Of a stretch of 64,000 nt of DNA, positions 19,564 through 28,158 are shown in pieces. Each line of letters opens with the position of its first letter. Within the stretch, counting starts at the first letter, position 1. The notes beneath the pieces are model-generated. The model made no database searches. It was given only the letters and a program-made list of their open reading frames with translations, and had not been told where the DNA came from. A program made the position numbers and the translations under genes. The DNA comes from Hyphomicrobiales bacterium (GTDB lineage: Bacteria > Pseudomonadota > Alphaproteobacteria > Rhizobiales > Xanthobacteraceae): positions 23,782-87,781 of the forward strand of contig JADJPN010000006.1 of the NCBI GenBank assembly GCA_016713235.1, in the 5' to 3' direction.

Positions 19564-20466
19564 ATGTTCGCGCTCGCCCATCTTTCCGACCCGCATTTGT
19601 CGCCCATGCCGCGCCCGAAACTCAGGGAGCTGATGGGCAAGCGCGCGGTCGGCTATTTTAACTGGCGCACGAACCGAGGCGTGCATCACAGCGTCGACCA
19701 CCTCAGCACCCTCGTCGCCGACATGAAGGAGCGCGGCTTCGATCATCTGGCGGTGACGGGCGATCTCGTGAATCTCGGCCTGCCGGACGAATACGGCCTT
19801 GCGAAACGCTTTCTGGAGAGCCTCGGGACCGGCGACCGTGTCTCCATGGTGCCCGGAAATCACGACGCTTATGTACGCGGCACCGCGCTGCTGCATATCG
19901 ACATGTGGAAGGACTACATCGCCGGCGACGAACCCGCGCAGAAGAGCGGCATCACCGGCGCGGCTTTCCCTTATCTGCGCCGTCGCGGCAATCTCGCGAT
20001 CATCGGCCTCTCCACTGCGATTCCCACAGCGCCCTTTCTTGCGACCGGTAAACTCGGCAAGACGCAGCTGCTTGCATTCGAACACATGTTGAAAACGATG
20101 AAGGAAGAAAATCGCTTCCGCGTCGTGCTGATCCATCATCCCCCGGCCGGACGCCACTCGCCGCATGAAGTGCTTACCGATGCGAATGCCTTTCGCGCAA
20201 TCGTTGCGCGGCAGGGTGCAGAACTGGTGCTGCACGGACATAAGCACAAGGCGATGATGCAAAAGATCGCCGGGCCCGAAGCCGATGTGAATGTGATCGG
20301 CGTGCCTTCCGCCTCGAACCCCGGCAGCAATCCCGACCGTGGCGGCGCGTACAATATTTATCGCGTCGGCGGCAAAGCCGGCGACTGGACCTGCCAATTG
20401 GAAAGCTATGGCTTCGCGCCGGGCGGCTCTAGCATTGCGAAGCTCAGAAACGTGAAGCTGATCTGA
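19564..20466 (+). CDS. metallophosphoesterase family protein
   Basis: 300 aa with the motifs LSDPHL, TGDLVN, PGNHD and LHGHKH. Confidence 0.85.
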   Translation: MFALAHLSDPHLSPMPRPKLRELMGKRAVGYFNWRTNRGVHHSVDHLSTLVADMKERGFDHLAVTGDLVNLGLPDEYGLAKRFLESLGTGDRVSMVPGNHDAYVRGTALLHIDMWKDYIAGDEPAQKSGITGAAFPYLRRRGNLAIIGLSTAIPTAPFLATGKLGKTQLLAFEHMLKTMKEENRFRVVLIHHPPAGRHSPHEVLTDANAFRAIVARQGAELVLHGHKHKAMMQKIAGPEADVNVIGVPSASNPGSNPDRGGAYNIYRVGGKAGDWTCQLESYGFAPGGSSIAKLRNVKLI

Positions 20467-21006
20467 CTACGGATTCGCCGTGAACCACACGGCCGCGAAC
20501 AACCCCGCGGCGCCGATTACCGCGCCAATCACGAACGCAGTTAAAACTGCCCCGCGACGCTGCTTCGGCGCTTCTTCTTTCGTGTCGCTTGCGGCCAGCG
20601 CCTGTTCGCGCGCGACCATTCTGCGCGCGACATAGCGCGTGATCGCCTCGCGCATCGGCGGCACGTCCGCGCTTTCTTCCAAAACGCGGCGGCCATTCGC
20701 TGTGTCGGTGAGCAGGCGGTAGGTGCGCTTGTCGTTGCCCATCGCGACATGCGTGATCGCATCCAGCCAGAGCCGCGGCTGCGCACCGCCGGAAACACCG
20801 CGATCGAAAAAATCCATGTGCCGGGCGGGAATATCCTTGAAGACGCCGTCGATGGCCTCGTTCAGAATCTCTAACCGCGCCATCTCCGCGTCGCGCAGGT
20901 CGATGATCACGGCGGAACGATCCGCCGCCTCGATCCGCGCGTCATGCAAAGCTTGCTTCAGCGGCGTCGCCGCGACCGGCATCGCCGGCTTGTTCTTGTC
21001 GCTCAC
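20467..21006 (-). CDS. conserved hypothetical protein with a C-terminal TM anchor
   Basis: 179 aa with protein-like composition and the C-terminal helix VLTAFVIGAVIGAAGLFAAVWF. No family recognised. Confidence 0.6.
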   Translation of the reverse strand: MSDKNKPAMPVAATPLKQALHDARIEAADRSAVIIDLRDAEMARLEILNEAIDGVFKDIPARHMDFFDRGVSGGAQPRLWLDAITHVAMGNDKRTYRLLTDTANGRRVLEESADVPPMREAITRYVARRMVAREQALAASDTKEEAPKQRRGAVLTAFVIGAVIGAAGLFAAVWFTANP

Positions 21007-21057
21007 GCTTTTCGTCCCTGTACCGGCCGTCCCTGACCGTAGCGCCGCACAGAGAGA

Positions 21058-21849
21058 CTAGCGGCGGGCATGCGCGGAGTCACGCGTGCGCCAGGGTTCC
21101 ATCCAGCGCAGGCCCGCTTCGGTGCGGCCGCGCGGGCGATACTCGCAGCCGATAAAGCCGTCATAGCTCGAGAACGCGAGCGCGTTGAACACGGACGCAA
21201 TATTCACTTCGCCGCAATCCGGTTCGTCGCGCAGCGGCACGCCCGCGATCTGCACATGCCCGATCCGGCCGGCATGCTTCTCGATCCGCCGGGTCAAATC
21301 CCCCTCGGTGATCTGGGTGTGATAGACGTCGAATTGCAGCTGGACATTGCCGAGCCCGACCGCGTCGATGATCTCGGCCGCCTGATCGTTGTACCGCAAA
21401 AAATAGTTCGGCCGGTCCCGCGCGTTCAGCGGCTCGATCGTGAGTGTGACGCCGACCTCGGCGGCTTCCGCGCCGGCACGCTTTAAATTTGCAATGAAGG
21501 TTTCGGTGTTGCGGGCATCCGCCATCGCGTCGCCCGCCATGACATGGATCGTCGGTACGTGCAGTGCACGTGCATAGCTGAGCGCCAGATGAATCTTGCG
21601 GAAGAAGTCGCGCTCGCGGCCCGCGATCGCCGCGCAGCCGACGTCGCTGCCGTCCGCCGCGAAGGGCGTATTGATCAGCACGCATTGCAGCCGGCATGCG
21701 GTCAGCCATTCGCGCAAATGCTCGACCGGCTCGGCATACGGGTGCAGCAGTTCGACCGCCGAAAAGCCGGCGTGATGCGCGGCCGCAAAGCGGTCGCGAA
21801 ACGCATACTCCCCGAACAGCATGTTCAGGTTCGCCGCAAACCGAAACAC
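21058..21849 (-). CDS. hydroxypyruvate isomerase family (xylose isomerase-like TIM barrel) protein
   Basis: The N-terminus VFRFAANLNMLFGEY is typical of Hyi-like proteins. Start is set at in-frame GTG 21849, preceded by GGGGGA; the longer ORF to 22017 looks non-coding. Confidence 0.8.
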   Translation of the reverse strand: MFRFAANLNMLFGEYAFRDRFAAAHHAGFSAVELLHPYAEPVEHLREWLTACRLQCVLINTPFAADGSDVGCAAIAGRERDFFRKIHLALSYARALHVPTIHVMAGDAMADARNTETFIANLKRAGAEAAEVGVTLTIEPLNARDRPNYFLRYNDQAAEIIDAVGLGNVQLQFDVYHTQITEGDLTRRIEKHAGRIGHVQIAGVPLRDEPDCGEVNIASVFNALAFSSYDGFIGCEYRPRGRTEAGLRWMEPWRTRDSAHARR

Positions 21850-21965
21850 GTCTTTAATCCCCCGCAACGAAGCCAATGGAAGCGAAGCGCAACAAAAGCG
21901 CAAGGCCGATTCGCGGGTACCGCAAAAAGCCGCTATGCCTCTCTCGATTAAACGACGAGTCCCGC

Positions 21966-22810
21966 TTGACCACTGCACTACTTCTCGCGGTTCTGGCCGG
22001 CGCGCTGCTGCACGCAAGCTGGAACGCTCTCATCAAATGGGAACCGGACAAGCTCGCGGCTTCCGCCGCGATTGCGTTCGGCGCGGGCCTCGTCGCTTTG
22101 CCGATCGCGCTGTTCAGCCCGATCCCGCTCGCGCCATCCTGGCCGCTGATCGCCTTCTCGGCGGTGATCCACGTTTTCTATTTCGCGCTGGTCGGCTACG
22201 CGCTGCGTCACGCCGACCTCGGCGTCGTGTATCCGCTGACGCGCGGTTCGGCGCCTGCCTTCACCGCGATCCTCGCGGCGCTCTGGCTTGGCGAAGTGCT
22301 CGCACTCTCAGGCTGGTTAGCGGTCGGCGCAATCGCGGCGGGCGTCATTACGCTGTCGGCGGACGCACTATCGCGCGGCGGCCTGACGCCGCGCACCGCG
22401 GTGCTCGCGTTCACGAATGCGGCGGTTGTCGTTGCCTATACGCTGGTCGACGGTCTCGGCGCGCGGCTGGCCGGCAACGCGATCTCTTACGTCTCGTGGA
22501 TGCTGGCTGGAACGGCCGCATTGATCGTCCGATTGCGCTTATTTTTTATCGCGAACAGGTTGTTGCGAAAACGCGCGGCTTCTGGGTCCGCACGATAATC
22601 GGCGGCGCGCTCAGCATCGCGAGCTACGGCATCGCGCTCTGGGCAATGACCAAAGCGCCAATCGGCCTCGTCGCAGCCTTGCGCGAGACTTCGGTACTGT
22701 TTGTAGCGATTTTTGGAGTGGTGCTGTTCGGCGAACGCTTCGGTCCCAAACGCTGGGCCGCGCTCGTTCTGATCTTGATCGGGATTGGATTGTTGCGGTT
22801 GCCGTTCTGA
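21966..22810 (+). pseudogene. EamA/DMT family transporter, frame interrupted near 22529 (frameshift or assembly indel)
   Basis: The frame-0 ORF reads ...YVSWMLAGTAALIV and then nonsense. Frame -1 continues PIALIFYREQVVAKTRGFWVRTIIGGALSIASYGIALWAM...LLRLPF, which is typical of the second EamA half. The TTG 21966 start is tentative. Confidence 0.7.
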
Positions 22811-22822
22811 AACGGCATCCGG

Positions 22823-23098
22823 CTACATCCGGTATTGCTGAATGCGCGTGGTGCGCAGGCCGGCGAGGCCGTGTTTGTCGATCGAAGCCTGCCAGTTGAG
22901 GAATTCTTCGACGGTGAGCGTGTAGCGCGCGCAAGCCTCCTCAAGCGAAAGCAGGCCACCACGTACGGCCGCGACAACCTCGGCCTTGCGGCGAATGACC
23001 CAACGGCGGGTCGACGGCGGGGGAAGATCCGCGATCGTCAAAGGGCTACCGTCCGGCCCGATCACGTACTTCACTCTCGGGCGATGTGCTTCGGTCAT
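22823..23098 (-). CDS. DUF1153 domain protein (SciP-like small HTH regulator, tentative)
   Basis: 91 aa. The sequence KYVIGPDGSPLTIADLPPPSTRRWVIRRKAEVVAAVRGGLLSLEEACARY matches the DUF1153 pattern by recall. It sits next to the flagellar genes. Confidence 0.75.
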   Translation of the reverse strand: MTEAHRPRVKYVIGPDGSPLTIADLPPPSTRRWVIRRKAEVVAAVRGGLLSLEEACARYTLTVEEFLNWQASIDKHGLAGLRTTRIQQYRM

Positions 23099-23251
23099 TA
23101 CAAACTCACTCAGAACACAACTCGTAATGACGAAAACCTACTGTCCAGAGTTGAACATTTCCCTAAGTGTTTCTTTCCAAAAGGTTATTGGGGCCCGTCA
23201 CATTTTGTGGAGCCGGAACAGTGCCAAAAGCGCTGTAAATAAGGGTTTTCG

Positions 23252-23932
23252 CTAGCCTTCGACCGACGGCGCGGTGCCCGGCTTCTGGACCGCCTTGACC
23301 TTATCGAGCGAGATCAGCGCGGTGCCGACCATCAGGAGCGGCTCGCTTCCGGACAGATCGACCGCATCCACGACACCGGAGAACTGGGTCGAGACCGTTA
23401 CGCCCTGACCGCTCGCGTCCTTCGCGTTGATCTTGATGGTGTACTGGCCTTCGGGCGCGGTCTGGCCGTTCGACATCTTGCCGTCCCAGGTAAAGCCGGA
23501 GGTACCCGACTCGATGGTCGTCTCGTGGGTGAAGACGACATTCCCGGAGGAGTCGGAAATATTGATCGTCGCCGTCGCGGTCCGCGGAGCGGTGACGTAC
23601 CAGGTGGCAACACCGGATTTGAGCGCGCTGGTCGCACCGTCCGCCGTGATCGTCGCGCCGACATAGTTCATCGCGGTCGAAAGCTGGCTCGACTTGTTGA
23701 GATTGACGAGCGCTTCGAGATTTTCGTTGCTGCGGATCTGTTGCTCGACGCCCGCGAACTGCACGAGCTGCTGCGTGAACTGGTTCGTATCCAGCGGATC
23801 GAGCGGATTCTGGTTCTTGAGCTGCGTCGTCAGCAACAGCAGGAACGTATCGAAGTTATTCGCGATGCTGGCGCGGCTGGTCTGCGACGCCGCCGCAGCC
23901 GCTGCCGTGTTGTTTACTCCGCTGACCGCCAT
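23252..23932 (-). CDS. flgD: flagellar hook capping/assembly protein FlgD
   Basis: N-terminal block FDTFLLLLTTQLKNQNPLDPLDTNQFTQQLVQFAGVEQ, plus a FlgD Ig-like C-terminal region. Confidence 0.9.
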   Translation of the reverse strand: MAVSGVNNTAAAAAASQTSRASIANNFDTFLLLLTTQLKNQNPLDPLDTNQFTQQLVQFAGVEQQIRSNENLEALVNLNKSSQLSTAMNYVGATITADGATSALKSGVATWYVTAPRTATATINISDSSGNVVFTHETTIESGTSGFTWDGKMSNGQTAPEGQYTIKINAKDASGQGVTVSTQFSGVVDAVDLSGSEPLLMVGTALISLDKVKAVQKPGTAPSVEG

Positions 23933-23941
23933 AACGAACTC

Positions 23942-25300
23942 CTAGATCCGGATATCCACGCCGCCACGCAGCTGCGCCGCGAGCGTCGCGTTGTTGATTG
24001 AAATTTGGGTGTTCACCTCGCCGTCGGCCTGCACGAGATCGGGCCGCCCGCGCATCTCGGGAGCGTGGCTGTGTTGTCCGTGCTGTGCCTGCGCATCCTG
24101 TTGCAAGGAGAACTGGAGGCTGCCGGCGTCGGCCTTGAGACCCGCATTCTGTAGCGCTTTTTCAAGGCCACGCGCGTCGCGCTGAAGCATGTCCAGCGTT
24201 TCCGCCCGCTCCACGATCAGCTTGGTCGTGGTGTTGCCTTTGCCGTCGATTTCAAGCTTCACATCAATACGCCCAAGCTCCGGCGGATCGAGGCGGATAT
24301 CGAAGCGGCGCTCGCCTTTGTTGGCGCGGGTCGTGATTTCGAGTGCGAGCTGATCAAGCGGCACGGCGCGCGAAGCGTCCGCGGTTTGCTGCGTCTGCGT
24401 CTGTACCGGCGCGTTGACCTGTGCCGTCATTGCAAAATTCGGCGCGACCGCATTGGAAGACAGGAGAGGCTTGGCGCCGTCCGCGCTTACGTCGGCGGGA
24501 TCGATAGCCAATGAGAGTTGGGCCTGCTTGCCGAGCGCTGCTTGCAGCGCTTCGAGCGGCGCGAATACTCGCAGCGGTGTTGCGTTCTCGGTGTTCACCG
24601 AACCCGGCTGGGTCTGCGCTTGAAACTGCGCGTCGAGCGACGCAACGAGCTTAGTCGGCTTCGAAAGCGAGGCTGCCGTTTCCGCAGCTATTCCTTGAAG
24701 CGGAAGTTCGAGATTCGATTTCGCCTGCCCGGAAACGGGCGCGATCCCGGCTTGCGGCTTCGCGGCGCCGTTCTGTCCAGCCTGCGCAGATTGCGCGTCT
24801 ATTGCCGCCTTGTTGGCATCGGCGGTAGCGGCCGTCAGCGCCGGGGTAGCCTGCACTTCGGCATTTCCGGCAGCGGCATTCGCATCGGCGGCAGCTTGCG
24901 TAACCGCCGTATCCGGCGGCGTGTCGCCGACCGCGATCATCAGAAGAGCGTCCGCGGCGACCGTATCTTCGCTGTCGGTGTCGTCGGTGTCGTCTTCCGC
25001 CGTCACGGCTTTCGCCGGAATATTCGATTCCGTCTGCGACGTGGCCTCGGGCTTGGTTGCATCCCTGGCCTGCCGCTTCGTCTGGCGGTCCGCATCTGCC
25101 TCTGGTTTCGGCTGCTTTGCGGGAACATCTTTACGGCGCTCCGGCATTTGCGGCGCTTCCGGCCGCTGCACGGACGCTTTCACATCGGCAACCGAGTCGA
25201 GCAGCGACGAAAACGGATCGTCGCCTTCCGTCACGGAATTCTGCGGCTGAGTCAGACTGGCGCGGAAGTCGGTGGAGGAAACGGCGGAGACGCTGGCCAA
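23942..25300 (-). CDS. fliK: flagellar hook-length control protein FliK
   Basis: 452 aa with a low-complexity Ala/Gln/Thr-rich N-terminal part and a conserved C-terminal Flg_hook domain (LDPPELGRIDVKLEIDG...). TTG start follows GAGG. It lies directly upstream of flgD. Confidence 0.8.
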   Translation of the reverse strand: MASVSAVSSTDFRASLTQPQNSVTEGDDPFSSLLDSVADVKASVQRPEAPQMPERRKDVPAKQPKPEADADRQTKRQARDATKPEATSQTESNIPAKAVTAEDDTDDTDSEDTVAADALLMIAVGDTPPDTAVTQAAADANAAAGNAEVQATPALTAATADANKAAIDAQSAQAGQNGAAKPQAGIAPVSGQAKSNLELPLQGIAAETAASLSKPTKLVASLDAQFQAQTQPGSVNTENATPLRVFAPLEALQAALGKQAQLSLAIDPADVSADGAKPLLSSNAVAPNFAMTAQVNAPVQTQTQQTADASRAVPLDQLALEITTRANKGERRFDIRLDPPELGRIDVKLEIDGKGNTTTKLIVERAETLDMLQRDARGLEKALQNAGLKADAGSLQFSLQQDAQAQHGQHSHAPEMRGRPDLVQADGEVNTQISINNATLAAQLRGGVDIRI

Positions 25301-25341
25301 GAGGGCACCTCAAACGAGCGGATGGATCCGACAGTTCCCTG

Positions 25342-25357
25342 AGCAAGCGCCGGGCCA
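25342..25357 (-). promoter_or_regulatory. candidate sigma-54 (-24/-12) promoter for fliK-flgD
   Basis: The minus strand reads TGGCCCGGCGCTTGCT against the consensus TGGCAC-N5-TTGCW: correct spacing, one mismatch. It ends about 42 nt upstream of the fliK start. Confidence 0.6.
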
Positions 25358-25438
25358 GATTGCGCGGCAGGCAAATGCCTGAAAATCAGCGCTTTTTGCA
25401 GCGACGGGGTAGTCCCAGACCGGCAGAATCCGCACACC

Positions 25439-25453
25439 CGGCAGACTTTGCCG
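25439..25453. promoter_or_regulatory. inverted repeat CGGCA-N5-TGCCG, a candidate enhancer (FlbD-type) site
   Basis: It lies about 85-100 bp upstream of the sigma-54 element. A CCGGCAGA direct copy is also present at 25420-25427. Confidence 0.35.
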
Positions 25454-25494
25454 CCTCTTTGCTTGCCTGACCCCGATCCCTATAACCCCGCGAC

Positions 25495-26697
25495 ATGAAC
25501 CTCGATTTCGACATCGCTGGAGAGCCGAGCAAGACCCGCATCGTGGTTGCGATGTCGGGCGGCGTGGACTCGTCGGTCGCGGCCGCGCTTGCCAAGCGCG
25601 CGGGCTACGATGTCGTGGGCGTGACCCTGCAACTCTATAATCACGGCGAAGCGGTCCAGAAGAAGGGTGCCTGCTGCGCCGGCTCCGACATTCGCGACGC
25701 GCGGACGGTCGCGGCCAAGATCGGCATTCCACATTTCGTGCTCGATTATGAAGCCCGCTTTCAGGAGCAGGTGATCCAGCCATTCGCGGATTCTTACGCA
25801 CGCGGCGAGACGCCGGTGCCCTGCATCTCCTGCAATCAGACTGTGAAGTTCAAGGATTTGCTCTCGACCGCAAAAGAACTCGGTGGCGCGGCGCTTGTCA
25901 CCGGCCACTACATCGAGAGCCGCAACGCCGGCAATCGCCGCGCGATGTATCGCGCGCATGATGCCGATCGCGACCAGAGCTACTTTTTATATGCGACGAC
26001 GCAGGAGCAACTCGATTATCTGCGCTTCCCGCTCGGCGGCCTCGCAAAACCTGCCGTGCGCGCGATCGCCGAGGAACTCGGGCTTGTCGTTGCGAACAAG
26101 CCGGACAGCCAGGACATCTGTTTTGTCCCGTCCGGCAGATACACGACCATCATCGATCGCCTGAAGCCGAACGCCGGCGAGCCGGGCGAGATCGTGCATC
26201 TCGATGGCCGCGTGCTCGGTTCGCATCAGGGCATTATCCATTACACGGTCGGCCAGCGCCGCGGCCTCAACATTGCGATGAATACGCCAGAAAGCGAGCC
26301 GCTGTTTGTCGTCAAGCTGGATGCGAAGACCAAGCGCGTGATCGTGGGTCCGCGCAATGCGCTGCTCGTCGGCAGTGCGCTGCTGCGCGACATCAACTGG
26401 ATCGGCGACACCTCGCCAACGGAAATGGCGGCGGCCGGCACCCCCGTATTCGCCCGCGTGCGTTCCACCCGCGCGCCTGTTCCGGCTGTGCTGCTGAACT
26501 CCGGCAACCAAATTTTCATCGGCTTCGCCGATGGAGAAGAAGGGGTCGCGCCCGGACAGGCCTGCGTTCTTTATGACAGCGACGGTCCGCGGGCCCGGAT
26601 TCTCGGCGGTGGGGTCATCACCGCCACCTTGCCGTTAGACGAAAGTCGCGAGAAAATAGTACCGGCTTCGCAACCCGAAGCCGCGTTGGTGGTTTGA
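25495..26697 (+). CDS. mnmA: tRNA 2-thiouridine(34) synthase MnmA
   Basis: PP-loop [14 protein letters not shown]. Typical length and conserved Cys residues. Confidence 0.95.
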   Translation: MNLDFDIAGEPSKTRIVVAMSGGVDSSVAAALAKRAGYDVVGVTLQLYNHGEAVQKKGACCAGSDIRDARTVAAKIGIPHFVLDYEARFQEQVIQPFADSYARGETPVPCISCNQTVKFKDLLSTAKELGGAALVTGHYIESRNAGNRRAMYRAHDADRDQSYFLYATTQEQLDYLRFPLGGLAKPAVRAIAEELGLVVANKPDSQDICFVPSGRYTTIIDRLKPNAGEPGEIVHLDGRVLGSHQGIIHYTVGQRRGLNIAMNTPESEPLFVVKLDAKTKRVIVGPRNALLVGSALLRDINWIGDTSPTEMAAAGTPVFARVRSTRAPVPAVLLNSGNQIFIGFADGEEGVAPGQACVLYDSDGPRARILGGGVITATLPLDESREKIVPASQPEAALVV

Positions 26698-26707
26698 AGA
26701 GGCGTCA

Positions 26708-27412
26708 ATGAAGTCGGAATCCGCCGGTAATGGCAAAGCGGCGCAGGGCCTGGACCGCGCTACCATCGAAAAAGCCTATGCCCGCTGGGCACCCGTTTAT
26801 GACGTCGTTTTCGGCCCGTTGCTCGACATGGGGCGCCGCACGGCGACCAACGCCGCGACCCGCGTCGGCGGCCGCATTCTGAACGTCGGCGTCGGCACCG
26901 GCCTGGAACTTCCCTATTTCGACAAGTCGCATGAAGTGGTCGGCGTCGATATTTCCGAGCCGATGCTGCGCAAGGCGCAGGAACGCATCGAACGCGAAAA
27001 ACTCGGCAACGTGAAGGGCCTTTGCGTCATGGATGGCGCAAACCTGGCCTTCGCCGACGGTTCCTTCGACTGCGTGGTCGCGCAATTCGTCATCACCACG
27101 GTCCCGCAGCCGGAAAAGACGCTCGACGAATTCGCCCGCGTATTGAAGCCGGGCGGCGAGATCGTGCTCGTGAACCACATCGGCGCCGAGCGGGGACTGC
27201 GCGCGAGCTTCGAGCGCTGGTTCTCCCAGCACGCGCGCAAGCTCGGCTGGTCGCCGGAATTCCCGTTCAAGCGGCTTTCCGATTGGGCGGAGAAGAACGG
27301 CCATGTGCAGCTCGTCGAGCGCCGCACGGTTCCGCCCTTCGGCGTGTTCACGTTGATGCGTTTTGCCCGCGAGACTGCCGCGAACAGCCAGCCCGCCGCG
27401 GCGACAGCCTGA
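26708..27412 (+). CDS. class I SAM-dependent methyltransferase (phospholipid N-methyltransferase-like)
   Basis: SAM motif ILNVGVGTG and the N-terminal YARWAPVYD block seen in Rhodobacter-type Pmt enzymes (by recall). Confidence 0.75.
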   Translation: MKSESAGNGKAAQGLDRATIEKAYARWAPVYDVVFGPLLDMGRRTATNAATRVGGRILNVGVGTGLELPYFDKSHEVVGVDISEPMLRKAQERIEREKLGNVKGLCVMDGANLAFADGSFDCVVAQFVITTVPQPEKTLDEFARVLKPGGEIVLVNHIGAERGLRASFERWFSQHARKLGWSPEFPFKRLSDWAEKNGHVQLVERRTVPPFGVFTLMRFARETAANSQPAAATA

Positions 27413-27493
27413 AGTTCTTGAATCCTTGACATGGGTCGGCGCGGATTCCATACCCGCGCCTCTCGACGGTAGCTTTGCCGCGACGGAACAGGC

Positions 27494-27570
27494 GGCGGGG
27501 TAGCTCAGCTGGTTAGAGCACGGGAATCATAATCCTGGGGTCGGGGGTTCGAGTCCCTCCCCCGCTACCA
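27494..27570 (+). tRNA. tRNA with anticodon CAU: elongator tRNA-Met, or tRNA-Ile2 if lysidinylated
   Basis: The cloverleaf was folded by hand. Acceptor stem is GGCGGGG/CCCCGCT and the D arm is GCTC..GAGC. The anticodon stem is CGGGA/TCCTG with loop ATCATAA (CAT at 27528-27530). The T arm is GGGGG-TTCGAGT-CCCTC, and the CCA is encoded. Confidence 0.9.
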
Positions 27571-27586
27571 AGTTCGCTTTCGCCTT

Positions 27587-28060
27587 TCACACCGGCAAAA
27601 GCTGATCGGTCTTCACTTCTTCCATGACCGCGTAAGTGCGCGTTTCCTTCACGCCGGGCAGCGCCAAGAGCACGCTGCCGAGGAATTTCCGGTAGGCCGC
27701 GATATCAGCGACGCGTGTCTTCACGAGATAGTCGAAGCCGCCCGCCACCATGTGACATTCGAGCACTTCCGGCGCGCGGCGCACGGCAACGGCGAATTTG
27801 TCGAAGATGTCGGGCGTCGTTTTGTCGAGCGAGACTTCGACGAAGACGAGCAGCGGCAGATCGAGCAAATGCGGGTCCAGCTTCGCGCCGAACCCGATGA
27901 TGTAGCCATCCTTCTGCAACCGCTTCAGCCGCTCGCCGGTGGAGGTTGGCGACAGGCCTACGCGCTCGGCCAGCTCGACCGAAGCGATACGGCCATCCAT
28001 TTGCAAAACCTGTAGAATTTTTCGGTCTATCTTATCGATATCCATGTTTTTCTCTATCAT
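27587..28060 (-). CDS. putR: Lrp/AsnC family transcriptional regulator (PutR-like)
   Basis: 157 aa with an N-terminal HTH (DKIDRKILQVLQMDGRIASVELAERVGLS). It is divergent from putA. Confidence 0.85.
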   Translation of the reverse strand: MIEKNMDIDKIDRKILQVLQMDGRIASVELAERVGLSPTSTGERLKRLQKDGYIIGFGAKLDPHLLDLPLLVFVEVSLDKTTPDIFDKFAVAVRRAPEVLECHMVAGGFDYLVKTRVADIAAYRKFLGSVLLALPGVKETRTYAVMEEVKTDQLLPV

Positions 28061-28158
28061 ATCGATCTATTGCCGAAGATTATGAGGCATAGCCGATAAA
28101 ATGACTATAGAGATACGGAAACTCCTGCCCTAAATGCTTCGGGGACCAGGAGAAGATC
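28061..28158. promoter_or_regulatory. AT-rich divergent putR/putA control region
   Basis: 98-bp AT-rich spacer between the divergent putR and putA genes. An AGGAGAAG SD lies just before the putA ATG. Confidence 0.4.

Noticed and set aside
23099-23251. CtrA box upstream of the DUF1153 (SciP-like) gene
   Set aside because: The best candidate on the minus strand (TTAG-N7-TTCA) is too degenerate to call.
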